In this document: positions 1 through 28,595 of the stretch, in pieces
Layout of the letters: the number at the start of each line of letters is the position of its first letter
Position numbering within the stretch: the first letter of the stretch is position 1
DNA from: Dictyostelium discoideum
Taxonomy: Eukaryota
DNA: 64,000 nt
Direction of reading: 5' to 3'
Assembly: GCA_000004695.1 (NCBI GenBank)
Contig: CM000153.2
Span: 5,088,001-5,152,000 of the forward strand
Position numbers and translations under genes: made by a program
The notes under the pieces: generated by a model
The model's input: the letters and a program-made list of their open reading frames with translations, nothing else
What the model was told of the DNA's origin: nothing
The model's database searches: none

Positions 1-131
1 AATTTTTCATTAGGTAAATAATTAAAATTTATTTTTATTTCATATAATATAAATGAAGGTTTTTTTTTTTTTAAAACTAATTAATTATAAACTATATAGA
101 AAGAGATGCTTTAAATTTGTGTGAAGGTGCT

Positions 132-1064
132 ATGAAGGGTAAACCAATTCAAGAACTTAAACCAGAAGAAGCTAGAAATAACTTTGTAAAGATTCAATCT
201 GGTGATGTTTACAAGTATCCATGTAATATTGAAGATATTAAAATGGATTTGGGTGGTGAATTAGGATCGGTTAATGTCAGAGTATTGACACCACCAAATG
301 CCAAAGAATCCAAAAACAAATTGCCAGCAATTCATTACTCTCATGGTGGTGGTTGGGTCATGGGTGATCATGTAACTCATGATAAACTAATCCGTGAAAT
401 TTGTTACCGTACCAATTCTTTGGTGATCTTCACTGAATATAGTAGACCACCAGAAGTCAAATATCCAATCCAAAACGAACAATGCTATGCAGTGATTTTG
501 AAATTCATAAAGGATGCTGCTAAATGGAATATCGATCTCAACAATTTCTCATTGGTTGGCGATAGTGCCGGTGGTAATATGGCTATTGTGTTGGGGTTGA
601 TGGCAAAAGTTAGAAATGGACCTTCGTTCAAGAGAATTTGTCTCTACTATCCAGCCATTGATAGCGGTATGAATTCAGGTTCCTATAAAGAATTCCATAA
701 TGATTTCTATCTTACTAAAGATGGTATGAAATGGTTCTGGGATGCATACACCAACAGTCCAAAAGACACCAATGAAATCTACTGCTCTCCTTCCAAATGC
801 AAAGAATCTGATGTCATGGGTTTCCCAGAAACAATGATCATCAATGGTGAAGCTGATGTCCTCCGTGATGAAGGTGAAAATTTCGCTAGACTATTACGTA
901 AAGCAAATGTTCCAGTAACTCACCTAAGAATTCAAGCAATGGTTCATGATTTCGTTGCTCTAAACTGTCTTGATCAATCAAAAGCATGTAGAGTTGCAAT
1001 GGATTCCTCAATTGATTTCTTAAATAAATCTCATGATCCAAATGCAACTAAACCAAAATGTTGA
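132..1064 (+). CDS. Alpha/beta-hydrolase fold-3 esterase/lipase (arylacetamide deacetylase / hormone-sensitive-lipase family), single exon
   Basis: Seen in sequence: the ORF-track frame 117..1064 has its first ATG at 132. It carries the oxyanion-hole motif HGGGW in 'HYSHGGGWVMGD', the nucleophile elbow GDSAGG, and a C-terminal Asp/His in 'DVLRDEG' and 'HDF'. This is the Abhydrolase_3 signature. Dictyostelium-like codon usage. Confidence 0.85.
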   Translation: MKGKPIQELKPEEARNNFVKIQSGDVYKYPCNIEDIKMDLGGELGSVNVRVLTPPNAKESKNKLPAIHYSHGGGWVMGDHVTHDKLIREICYRTNSLVIFTEYSRPPEVKYPIQNEQCYAVILKFIKDAAKWNIDLNNFSLVGDSAGGNMAIVLGLMAKVRNGPSFKRICLYYPAIDSGMNSGSYKEFHNDFYLTKDGMKWFWDAYTNSPKDTNEIYCSPSKCKESDVMGFPETMIINGEADVLRDEGENFARLLRKANVPVTHLRIQAMVHDFVALNCLDQSKACRVAMDSSIDFLNKSHDPNATKPKC

Positions 1065-1068
1065 AAAT

Positions 1069-1107
<39 letters not shown>
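1069..1107. repeat. (AATC)n / (TCAA)n tetranucleotide microsatellite, about 10 units, directly after the esterase stop codon
   Basis: Seen in sequence: 'aatcaatcaatcaatcaatcaatcaatcaatcaatcaat'. Confidence 0.9.
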
Positions 1108-1205
1108 TATAAAATAAAACACATTTACATTTTCAACAAAATTAATTAACAACAAAGTTTGTTTTTTTTTTTTTTTTTTTAAATTATTTGTACATATAAA
1201 ATAGT

Positions 1206-1448
1206 TTATTTTAAAAAGTTTGAAGATTTTTCAAATAAAACTGAAATTGTCGAACCATCTTTAATACCACAACTTTTTAATGTTGAAGTGTCCTTTAAAA
1301 CTTTGCCGTCGAAAATTAATTTTTGCTCTTGTGGGTTAATACCTTCCATAATTCTTATTGAATTTTTAATTAATTCTATTTTATCAGTTTCGTCAAAATT
1401 TAATTCTGTTCTTTTACCTGTTGAGTGAAATTGGAGATTGATATTCAT
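1206..1448 (-). CDS. Small ubiquitin-like (UBL) domain protein, 80 aa, single exon
   Basis: Seen in sequence: 'MNINLQFHSTGKRTELNFDETDKIELIKNSIRIMEGINPQEQKLIFDGKVLKDTSTLKSCGIKDGSTISVL'. This aligns with the ubiquitin beta-grasp pattern (MQIFVKT..G..I.L.V...TI...K..I....GIP...QRLIF.GK.L.D..TL..Y.I...ST..LV). It lacks the C-terminal GG, so it is a UBL rather than a conjugatable ubiquitin. Confidence 0.7.
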   Translation of the reverse strand: MNINLQFHSTGKRTELNFDETDKIELIKNSIRIMEGINPQEQKLIFDGKVLKDTSTLKSCGIKDGSTISVLFEKSSNFLK

Positions 1449-1622
1449 TGTTTTTTGTTTTTTGTTTATTGAAATGTTTTTTGTTTTTTGTTTGATGTAT
1501 AATGAAGTTTTTTTTTTTTTTTTTTTTTATTTATTTAATTTTTTTTTTTTTTTTTTTTTTTTTCATTTCAATGATCTTTTGGATATTTTCGAAAATTATC
1601 ATAACATTTTGAAAAAGTGAGA

Positions 1623-1653
<31 letters not shown>

Positions 1654-1983
1654 TTGCTACTTGTTTTTTTAACAATTCATTCTGCGCAGGGTGTAAAAAC
1701 AAATTGAAAAATAAAAATTCAAAATATCTAAAATAAAATGATATCTCAAATAATTAATGAATAAAAAAAAAAAAAAAAAAAAAAAATTAAATGGACTGGA
1801 ATTCTTGTAAAATTTAAAAATATTATATAATCAAGTAAAAATAAAGTTAGATATACACTTTTAATTGAAATTCTAAAAATAAAATTGTGAATGAATATTG
1901 TTATTTTTTTTTTCTTAATTATTTTTCATATTTTTATTTATTTTTAACTTTATTATGAGAAAAAACTAAGAAAATTTTCTTGT

Positions 1984-2022
<39 letters not shown>

Positions 2023-2122
2023 GTTTTTAATTTTTTTTTTTCTTTTTTTTTTTTTTTTTCAAATAGTGGTTTGTTAATAATTATAAAATAAAATAAAATA
2101 AAATAAAAACTAAAATATAAAA

Positions 2123-2773
2123 ATGTCATTTCAAAGTTTAAATCCAGTTAATAAATCAAAATCATTAGTTGCATTATCAAAATCATTATCATATGTTTTA
2201 CGTCATGGCGCAGAAAAAGAAGGTTTAAAAATTGATTCACAAGGATTTATAAAAGTCGATGATATATTAAAAAATAATTTATTTAAAAATACAAATTTTA
2301 AAGAGATACAAGAGGTGGTTGATACAAATGATAAGAAAAGGTATCATATGGAATTGAATGATTCGGATGGGTGTTATTATATTAGAGCAAATCAAGGTCA
2401 CACATTAGAAAATGTTGATAATGTTGAAATGACTAAAATCACATCTGCAGATCAAGTGGGTACTGTGTTTCATGGTACTTATAGAAAACATTTACAGTCT
2501 ATACTAAATGAGGGTTTGAAAAAGATGGATAGAAATCATATTCATTGTGTCAATAAAATCATGGGTCAAGAAATTACATCAGGTATGAGAGGTTCCTGTA
2601 ATATGATTGTCTATATCGATGTGCCTCTATTACTTCAAGACGGTATAGATTTATATTTATCTCAAAATAATGTTGCATTAACTGATGGTTTAAATAATAC
2701 TGGAATATTACCACCAAAATATTTTATAAAAATAACTGATGCAAAAAATGATGTTACCATTTGGCAACGTTAG
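2123..2773 (+). CDS. tRNA 2'-phosphotransferase (Tpt1/KptA family), 216 aa
   Basis: Seen in sequence: all the conserved Tpt1 motifs are present. They are 'LSKSLSYVLRHGAEKEGLKIDSQGFIKVDDIL', 'RANQGHT' (RAxQGHS), 'HGT' and 'RNHIHCV'. This is the Arg-His-Arg-His catalytic tetrad context. Confidence 0.9.
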   Translation: MSFQSLNPVNKSKSLVALSKSLSYVLRHGAEKEGLKIDSQGFIKVDDILKNNLFKNTNFKEIQEVVDTNDKKRYHMELNDSDGCYYIRANQGHTLENVDNVEMTKITSADQVGTVFHGTYRKHLQSILNEGLKKMDRNHIHCVNKIMGQEITSGMRGSCNMIVYIDVPLLLQDGIDLYLSQNNVALTDGLNNTGILPPKYFIKITDAKNDVTIWQR

Positions 2774-2890
2774 AATAATAAAAAATAATAATAAAAAATA
2801 ATGATAAAAAATTTTTATCTTTGGAATAAAATCTAAAATTTTAGATTTTTTTTTAGATATGCGTGTGAAAAAAAAAAAGATTTTTATTTT

Positions 2891-2930
<40 letters not shown>

Positions 2931-3215
2931 ATCTTTGTTTTGAGCAATTATTTTTTTTTTATTTTTTTTATTTTTTTTCATTTTTTTTTTGCACCGTTTT
3001 TTTAATTTTTCTTTTTTTTATTTTTTATTTTTTATTTTTTTTTCAAATAATTATAAGAAATCCAAATTTTTCGAATACCCATTTTGGTTTGGGTCCACAA
3101 AAAAAAAAATAGAAAAATAAAAAAAAAAAAAAAAAAAATAATGAAATACAAATAATTGAAACTTTATTTTTTTATTTATTTTTTTATTTATTTTTTTTTA
3201 TTTTTTATTTTTGTA

Positions 3216-3260
3216 CACATTTAAACACCCACACACACATTTTCACCCTCCCCCCCACAT
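3216..3260. promoter_or_regulatory. C/CA-rich element (G-rich on the opposite strand), a candidate late-gene G-box/CAE, about 250 bp upstream of the HECT gene ATG
   Basis: Seen in sequence: 'cacatttaaacacccacacacacattttcaccctcccccccacat' sits in an otherwise >90% AT intergenic region. Established knowledge: CA-rich/G-box elements bound by G-box-binding factor (GBF) control post-aggregative Dictyostelium promoters. Confidence 0.35.
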
Positions 3261-3336
3261 TACAAAATATTGAAGCATATTCAATATAATTATTAGAAAA
3301 AAAAAATACAATCATTCAATTAATTTAATAAAATTC

Positions 3337-3369
<33 letters not shown>

Positions 3370-3403
3370 TCGTTTCTAAATTATTATATCATATATTTTT
3401 AAT

Positions 3404-3404
3404 T

Positions 3405-3435
<31 letters not shown>

Positions 3436-3461
3436 TTATTTATTTATTTATTTATTTATTA
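3404..3461. repeat. (ATTT)n microsatellite
   Basis: Seen in sequence: 'atttatttatttatttatttatttatttatt...tatttatttatttatttatt'. Confidence 0.85.
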
Positions 3462-3514
3462 GTAAATAGTAATTATTGCTATTTTTGTATTATCATAAAA
3501 AAAAAAAAAAAAAA

Positions 3515-19567
<16,053 letters not shown>

Positions 19568-19748
19568 AGTTTGGGTAATAAAATAAAAAAATTAAAAAAA
19601 TTAAAAAAAAAATAAAAAAAAAAAAAAATCTTGCTTTTGAAAGATATTTCCGTTAAACCCAAAAAAAAAAAAAAAAAAAAAAAAAAAAACAAGTACTTTT
19701 TTTTTTGTTTTTTCACCAGTAAAAGCAATATAAAAAAAAAAAAAAAAG

Positions 19749-20879
19749 ATGAGATTATTTTATCTTATTTTTTTTTTAATTGTTTCTACAATTATTAATG
19801 GTTGTAATTCTCAAATTCAAAAAAATGATTGTATTTATTTTTAGTTAAACTATTTTTTTTTTTTTTTTAATGACTTTTATTTTTTGTTACTAACATTTTT
19901 TTTTTTTTTTTTTATTTAAAAAAAAGATAATTGTTTAAATAAATTGATTGTTAAAATTGCAAATCTTTCATTATATAAATTAAATAGTACATCTAAACAA
20001 TATGATTATTGTGGAACAAAAAATAATAACGTAATAAATTGTAATTCAAATGGAAGAATAACAGATATTCAACTAACTCATTTTGTAAACAAAGCAACTA
20101 ATTTAATTTCAGCAAATGATTATTATTGTTTTCCTTTTTTAAAATCAATGTAAGTAAATTTTAAAATTTATTTTTTAAAATTATTACTCTTTTAAATATT
20201 AGTATTTTTTTTTTACTGTTTATTTAGAGGTGTAGATAGTTTTAGAATTGAGAAAAATTTTATATATGGTCCTTTTCCTGATACTTTATATAAAAGAATT
20301 TTTTTATTAAATGGGGATTTATTATCAGTATTTGATGTTGACACTGAAATTGGATTTAATAATACTATTAAAAGAACAGAAATTGATACTTTTAGACTTG
20401 TTGGTGGTGTTGCTACATCATTAAACACTACAGTTTATATGTCAACAATTTCACATTTTAAAAATATTGAATTTATATATGGTACTGCAGTAATTACAAA
20501 TAAAACCAACTTTATATTTGAAAATGATTTAAATGAAAATAAAAAATCATCATTTAAAAAAATTACTTCCTATTGCTCAAATATACCACCATTAAGTTAT
20601 AATAATGGAACTATTAATTTCGTGTACGTATAAACTAATTTAACATATTTATTTAAATATATTTTTAGTTTTAATTAATATTTTTTTTTTTTATTTTTAT
20701 TTAAGTGAACTCACATTTTTACCAAGTTTCGATAAAGAATCAGTTTCAAATTTTTCAAGTTATTCAAATGTTTTGGATATTTATTTAAATTCATGGGACC
20801 CGAATCAAGTTTTCCCATTTCCACTAGGTCTTGGTAATATTCCACCAAATAATAAATTAATTTATATGTAGGTTTTTAG

Positions 20880-20916
<37 letters not shown>

Positions 20917-21049
20917 ATCTAAATCAATTAAATTTTTTTTTTTTAGATACATTAACTATTTAATTGATAGCCCACCTCATTTAATTGACCTATCAAACTT
21001 AGACTCAAACGATAAAACCGATTTATATTCTTATAATACATTGTATGTA

Positions 21050-21082
<33 letters not shown>

Positions 21083-22311
21083 TAACTATTTATAATTTTG
21101 GAAATTAGAACATTGAATAATCCAGGTAATCTTTTCAATTTTAATGGTAAATTCCCATTCTCTTCTCTTCATAAAAATTTAGTGATTTTGTAAATATTTA
21201 TAGATTAATTATTATTGTTTTTTTAAATTTTTTTTTTTTTTTTTTATTAACATTTATAAATTAATTATATTATTTTAGTGATTTTAATGATGGTAATTTT
21301 TCAGAATTACCAAAATTAGAAGATGTTTTTAAAGAGGAAATAGCTGTAATTAATTTGAATAATAATAGTATTGGAGGAAATATTCAAACCACATTGGATT
21401 TTAATAAACTTCCAAAGTTAGCAACACTTAATTTAAGAAATAATAGATTAACAGGATCAATTGACGAAAGTTGGTGTAGAATTAATTTTGATATTAGTTA
21501 TAATCTTATTGGTGGTGAAGCTCCTAGTTGTATGGTTTGTCATTTTCAACAAAATGATTTATCTATTCGTGGAATAAATTTTACTAATTGGAATCCAAAA
21601 CCACCATGCACTTCAATTATTCCAAATTTAATGTACGATAATTCAACAAAACTATTATTAATATATGGTCAAGATATTGGCGTTGCAAGAACAAATTTTA
21701 AAATAGAAAACTCATATAACTATTCACCATATTGCAGTATGCCTGGTTATCCAGATATTAGAAATAGACAATTTTGTTTTAAATACATTGACACTGATGA
21801 ACCAAATCCATTTTCATTTAATATTACATACCCAAAATTACCACCAGGTTCAAGAAAAACATTTGAATTGGCTGCTTATAATATGTTTTTACCATTGGTT
21901 AATAAGGTTACAATGAACTCCAAAGAATCATTAACAATTGCTGGTAGATATTTCGCATACAACAAAACAGTAATTAATGTTCAAGTTGATGGCAAAATCT
22001 GTAATATTGAATCATGTGATTTTAATGAAATTAAATGTAAATTTTCAAATGATAATAACAATAATATTAATGGTTTAAATGTATTTGTACAAATTATGAA
22101 TGTTTCATCCCAATTTTGTATTTCCAAATGTAATGCAGCTGATAATTATGAATGTGAATTTAAATTTGAAAGATGTAATTGTAGTGAAGGATGGGAAGGT
22201 GGTGACTGTAGTATTAAAATTGAGAACAAATTATCAAATTCAAATAGAAACAATATTTTAAATACTACTATAATATTTATAGTTTTAATTTTAATACTAT
22301 CATCATTTTAA
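19749..22311 (+). CDS. Secreted or membrane-anchored LRR + EGF-like receptor-like protein, paralog A (~690 aa). Seven exons: approx join(19749..19830,19927..20149,20228..20623,20706..20867,20947..21042,21109..21189,21279..22311)
   Basis: Seen in sequence: signal peptide 'MRLFYLILFFLIVSTIING'. Plant-type LRRs ('LNLRNNRLTGSIDESWC', 'ISYNLIGGEAP'). C-terminal EGF-like Cys modules ('CNCSEGWEGGDC'). A C-terminal hydrophobic tail ('ILNTTIIFIVLILILSSF'). Donors are GTATTT, GTAAGT, GTACGT, GTAGGT, GTATGT and GTAAAT, all followed by AG acceptors. The phase is continuous through ORF-track pieces 19944.., 20439.. and 21355... Boundaries are ±1-2 nt. Confidence 0.7.
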
Positions 22312-22467
22312 TTTAAAAAAAAAAATAAAAAATGTGGTTTTAAGACAAAATTCTTAAAATATATTTATTTATTATAAAAAAAACATTGTTTTTTTTATAA
22401 TAAAATTTTTTTTTTTCAAACGATAAAACTATGAAAAAAAAATAAAAAATAAAAATAGTTTTTTTTT

Positions 22468-22500
<33 letters not shown>

Positions 22501-22524
22501 CCAAACGAAAAATTAGTAAAGATA

Positions 22525-23688
22525 ATGGGAAGATATTTCGTTTTTTTATTAGTTTTTATTTTGTTTTTTAATGGTTTTAATTCGCAAATTCATAAAGATG
22601 ATTGTATTTATATTTTTATTTTTAACCTTCAATAACTTTTATACATATACACACAACTAACATTTTAATTTTTTTTTTTTTTTTGTTTTTTTTTATTTTT
22701 TTTAAAAAAAAAAAAGATAGTTGTTTGAATAAATTAGCAGTAAAAATTTTAAATCTATCATTATATAGTTTGAATAGTACAACTAAACAATATAATTTTT
22801 GTAGTAAAGTAAATAAAAATGAAATAAATTGTAATTCAGATGGGAGAATAACAGGAATTCAAGTAGTTCATTTCAAAAAAATAAATTTACTTTCGCCAAA
22901 TGATTTTATTTGTTTTCCTTTTTTAAAATCAATGTAAGGCAATTTTAAAAAAGATATATTTATTTAAAAATATTAATTTTTTTTTTATTAATTAATTTGT
23001 TTTATTATTAATTTATTTAGAGGTGTAGAAAGTTTTGTAATTTCAAAAAATTTTTTATATGGTCCTTTTCCTGATTCTCTCGATGAAAGAGTTTTTTTAT
23101 TAAATGGGGATTTATTATCAATATTTGATGTTGACACTGAAATTGGATTTAATAATACTATTAAAAGAACAGAAATTGATATTTTAAGAGTTAATGGTGG
23201 TGTAGCTACATCATTGAACACTACAGTTTATATGTCAACAATTTCACATTTTAAAAATATTGAATTTATATATGGCACTGCAGCAATTACAAATAAAACC
23301 AACTTTATAATTGAAAATGATTTAAATGAAAATAAAAAATCATCATTCAAAGATTTCACTTCCTATTGTTCAAATATACCACCATTAAGTTATAATAACG
23401 GTACAATTGATTTTGTGTATGTATAAAGCTATTATATAATTTAACATTATATTTATTAAAATATATTTTTAATTTTAATTAATATTTTTTTTTTTTTTTC
23501 CCCCAAGTGAACTCACATTTTTACCAAGTTTCGATAAAGAATCAGTTTCAAATTTTTCAAGTTATTCAAATGTTTTGGATATTTATTTATACTCATGGGA
23601 CCCGAATCAAGTTTTCCCATTTCCATTAGGTCTTAGTAATATTCCACCAGGAAATAAATTAATTTATTTGTAGGTTTTTTGTTTTATT

Positions 23689-23719
<31 letters not shown>

Positions 23720-23840
23720 CTAACCCAAAACAAAACTTTTTTAGATACACAAGCTATTTAATCGATAGCCCACCTCATTTAATTGACCTATCAAACTTGG
23801 ACTCAGATGCTAAGATTCCATATAATTTTAATACATTGTA

Positions 23841-23872
<32 letters not shown>

Positions 23873-25395
23873 AAAAAATAAAAAAGAGAAACATTAATTA
23901 ACTATTTATAATTTTAAAAATTAGAACCATAGATAGTCCAGGTAATCTTTTCAATTTTAATGGTAAATTCCCATTCTCCTCCTTTTATAAAAATTTAGAA
24001 CATTTGTAAATATTTAAAAATAATATTATTTATTATTATTACTAATAACATTATTATATTAATTTATTTTTATTAATATTCTTTTTTTTTAAAAATTATT
24101 CTTTTAGTGCTCTTAATGATGGTAATTTTTCAGAATTACCAAAATTAGAAGATGTTTTTAAAGAGAAAATAACTGTAATTAATTTGAATAATAATAGTAT
24201 TGGAGGAAACGTTCAAACCACATTGGATTTTGGTAAACTTCCAAATTTAAAGGTACTTAAATTAAAAAATAATAAATTAACAGGATCAATTGATGAAAGT
24301 TGGTGTAGAGTTAACTTTGATATTAGTAATAATCTTATTAGTGGTGAAGCTCCTGGTTGTGTTATTTGTCATGTTCCTGATCATCATCCACGTATTCGTG
24401 GAATTAATTTTACCAATTGGGATCCAAAACCACCATGCACTTCAATTATTCCAAATTTAATGTACGATAATTCTTCTGACCTACTCTTACTCTATGGTCA
24501 AGATATTGGCTTCTCGCCTATGGATATGTATATACTAGATATTTCATATAAATTCTCATTTTCCTGTGATATGCCTGGTTATCCTGAAATTTATAATACT
24601 CAATTCTGTTTAAAATACATTAGCACTGATGGACCAAATCCATATTCATTTAATATCACATACCAACACTTACCACCAGGATCAAAAACAACATTTGAAT
24701 TGGCAGCTTATAATATGTTTTTACCATTAGTTAATACCGCTATATTGGATTATTCCAATGAATCATTAACAATTGCTGGTAGATATTTCTCATACAATAA
24801 GACAGTAATTAATATTCAAGTTAATGGTAAAACCTGTAATATTGAATCATGTGATTTTAATGAAATTAAATGTAATTTTTCAAATGATAATAACAATAAT
24901 AGTAATTTTAATGGTTCAAATGTATTTGTACAAATTATGAATGTTTCATCGGAAATTTGCATTTCCAAATGTAATGATGATGTCCCTTATGAATGTGAAT
25001 TTAAATTTGAAAGATGTAATTGTAGTGAAGGATGGGAAGGTGACAATTGTGAAACTCTTAAAAGATGTCCAAATGATTGTAGTGGTGCAGGTATTTGTAA
25101 TCATATCACTGGAATATGTTTATGTAATTCTGGTAGAATACAAGATGATTGTAGTGTTTTAGGATTTGAATGTAAGTCAGATTGTTTAAATGGTTCAAAA
25201 TGTAATTATGCAATTGGTAAATGTGATTGTATACTTGGATGGGAAGGTGATGATTGCAGTTCAGAATTATCATCATCAGAACCATCATCATCATCAGAAC
25301 TATCATCATCAGAACCATCAAAATCAAACAAAATAATACTGCTCAGTGTTCTATTACCATCACTTGCATTGTTGGGTTTAATATTATCATTTTAA
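22525..25395 (+). CDS. LRR + EGF-like receptor-like protein, paralog B (771 aa, tandem duplicate of A with extra EGF modules). Seven exons: join(22525..22603,22717..22933,23021..23416,23508..23669,23745..23837,23925..24005,24108..25395)
   Basis: Seen in sequence: the exon count matches paralog A. The intron phases are identical, 1,2,2,2,2,2. The intron positions and the unusual GTAAAT donor are the same. Protein identity to A is about 65-75%. Exon 7 adds 'CPNDCSGAGICNHITGICLCNSG...CKSDCLNGSKCNYAIGKCDCILGWEGDDC' EGF repeats, a Ser-rich stalk and a hydrophobic tail 'ILLSVLLPSLALLGLILSF'. The summed exon length is 2316 = 772 codons. Confidence 0.75.
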
Positions 25396-25519
25396 TGCAA
25401 AAACAATAATAAAAATAAATATAGTGTAAAACTAAATAAATAAATAAAAAAAACAATTATTTTTTATTATTATTATTATTATTATTACTATTTATTTTTA
25501 TAATTTTATTTTTTATTAT

Positions 25520-25554
<35 letters not shown>

Positions 25555-26044
25555 TTTTTTTTCATTTTTTTTAATCTTAAAAATAAAAAATTAAAAATAA
25601 AAATAAAAAAAACAAAGATAAAAATTTAAAGAAAAAAAATAAAAAAAAAATATCGATGAAACCTAAAATAGAACCTTTTTTTTCAATTTTCATGGAATTA
25701 ATATATTTTGCACCAAAAAATTAAGAAAAATACATTATGTATCATATTAATAGTGATCACCACTTTGGTGATTTAAAAAAACTTAAAACTTTTTTACAAA
25801 AAAAAAAAATAAAAAAAAATTATTTTTTAATTAATTTTTTTTATTTTTTTATTTTTTTTTTATTTAATTTTATTTATATTAAAAATAAAAATAATAAAAA
25901 TAATAAAAAAAAAAAAAAAAAAAATAATTTCATCAAAAAAAAAAAAAAAATTTTATTTAATATATATATATAAAAAAAAAAAAAAAAAAAAGAAATATAA
26001 AGAAATATAAAGAAATATATAAAGAAAAAAAAGAAAAAAAAAAA

Positions 26045-26975
26045 ATGTCATTTTTAAATAAATCAAATAATATTCCAAACTATATACAAAAAGAAATAAT
26101 TAAATTGATTTGTTATCAATGTAATAGAGTGAATAAAAAATTATGTGAATTTGATTTATATGAAGAAGAAGAAATTAAATATAAATCAATAAATAAAACT
26201 ATATTATCAATTTGTTTAACATCATGGTTCTGGTTTAAAACTTGTTCAACCTATATGAATGTAATAATTAATTTTAATAAATCAATTGATATTATAAATA
26301 ATAATAATAATAATAATAATAATTATTTTAATAATATTATTTATAATAATATAATAAATAATAATAATAATAAATATTCAATGTTAAAAATTGAAAATTT
26401 AACAACACTGGTATTAGAATCATCAATTATAAAAAGTATGAATTTCATTGAAAGATTAAATAAATTTTTAAATTTACAAGTTATAAAAACAAATTTAAAA
26501 AAGATATTAATTCATATAAATTATAGTAATAACAATAGTCAAAATAATCAATTGATATCAATGATTGGTAAAATTGATTTTCCGTTTATTAGAATTAGTA
26601 ATTTCGAATTTGATGTGTCAATAACCTCAATGACGACATCATTCATTCTACCAATTAATATTAAAAAGATTAAAAGTATTGGCGTATTAAAGAACTATTC
26701 ACCATCAATGATCATTTCAAATCTTAGAAATCTATCATTTAAAGAGATTTACATTTGTAATTATAATAATAAATTCCCATTTAAAGAACTATCAATTATG
26801 AATAAACTTTCATCGGTTCAATATTATGATACTCATAAAACTTCTATTAAAATTGATGACCTTTATTATATACTAAAATCAAGTCCAAATTTACAATTAT
26901 TATCATTTTATATTTGTATTGATGATTTAATTTATCAATTATCTTGTCCAAAACATAAACCAAAATCATGTCAAT

Positions 26976-27022
<47 letters not shown>

Positions 27023-27649
27023 TCATTATCAACAACCACTACCACTTCCACCTCCACCTCCACCACTTCATCAACTACAACTACTACAACAATTTCAAAT
27101 ACAACAAATAATGAATTTTCATTTTATTATTATTGGAGAATGGTTTGTAAATTAATTAAAAATCATAAGAAATTAAAAAGTTTATTTATTTATTCCTTAT
27201 GTAAAAATGGTGAAAATTGTGGTTTAAATTATTTAAATAAATTAAAAATGTCAAATCATTTCGTTAATCAATTTGGTGGTATGATATCAAAGAATAAATC
27301 AATAAAGAAATTAAATTTAGACGGTTTTAATTCACCAGATTTATTAAAACGTATAATTACCAATAATAATACTATCAATTCAATTCAATTTCAATTCCCA
27401 AATAATGGTAATAATATTTTAACAAATAATCAAAAATTAGAATATATTAATATTTTTGATAAATTATTAAATAATAATAATTATGATAATGATGACAGTG
27501 GATCACAACAACCACAATTACAACAACCACAACAACAACCACAACAACTACAACATTCTATAAAGAAATTCAAATTAATTGAAAATATAAGTAATCAAGT
27601 TGATTCAAAGGTTAAAACCGAAAAGGTTTTATTTTCTTTTGAAAAGTAA
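26045..27649 (+). CDS. Hypothetical Asn/Thr-rich protein (534 aa), possibly LRR-like. No confident family assignment.
   Basis: Seen in sequence: the long ORF runs through (AAT)n and Ser/Thr tracts. Weak leucine-rich periodicity ('LSFKEIYICNYNNKFPFKELSIMNKLSSVQYYD'). No recognisable catalytic motif. Confidence 0.45.
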
Positions 27650-28183
27650 AAATAAAATTTCATGGTTCCAGAATGCTTTTTTTTTTAAAAAAAAAAAAAA
27701 TATCTTAATTTTAGTTTTTTATTTTAATGGAAAACAAGATATTTTTTTTTTTATTTTTTTAATTCACCTTTTAAATAAAATAATAAAATTAAAAGATATT
27801 TTTAAGTTATTTTTGATTCCAATTTTTTTTTTTTTTATATTCTTTAACTAAAACCATATGTTTTTTTTTTTTTTTTTTTTTTTCTATTTTTTTTTTTGGA
27901 TCAATAAGATATAATGAAGAAAAAAAAAAATATATTAATATGACCCGAGATGATTCTTTGGTTGATATACTTTTTTTTCCTACCCATTCCCCTTTGTTTT
28001 TTTTTTTAAAAAAAATATATTAATTAAAAGAATATTACCAATATTAAAATTCAAACTCCCTTAATATGTTTGTGTATATTCTCCATTTCTTTTTGTTGTT
28101 TCCTTAAAAAAAGTTTTTACAATCCAAAATATCATAATGTAAATGATTAAAAAAAGGAATTGAGTGTTGTTTAAATTTTTTTT

Positions 28184-28224
<41 letters not shown>

Positions 28225-28595
28225 TTTATAATAAAAATAAATTTAAAATAAATAAATAATAATAATTAACTATATTAAAATAAAAAGTAGGGATACAAAA
28301 AAAAATATCTATTTAAATTGAAAACAAAATAATATAAAAATAATTGGGGATTGTAAATTTACATATACCTCATTCTCTGATTATTTCAAAGAAAATATTT
28401 TATTTGATTTTTTTTTTTTGATTTGAATAAATCTTTTTAATTTTACAAATTTTTTTTTTTTTTTTTTTAAAATGTTATTTTTTTTTTTTTTTTTTTTTTT
28501 AAAAAAATCATTTCAAATTTTATAAAATAAATAAATAAATAAAAATAAAATGTCAAAAATAAATTCTTTATTTACAAAAAGTTAAAAAAGAAAAT

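Noticed and set aside
1438-1620. Phe-rich 60-aa ORF, and similar ones at 2708..2947, 25737..25973, 31646..31900, 35335..35520, 44722..44904 and 47136..47318
   Set aside because: These are translations of intergenic poly(T)/poly(A) homopolymer tracts. They have no complexity and no plausible start.
20213-20428. Antisense 71-aa ORF, and its paralog 22988..23221, that seemed conserved between the two LRR genes
   Set aside because: The conservation is a by-product of the tandem duplication. They lie antisense to exon 3 of the LRR genes, whose sense frame is continuous across splice-phase-consistent exons.
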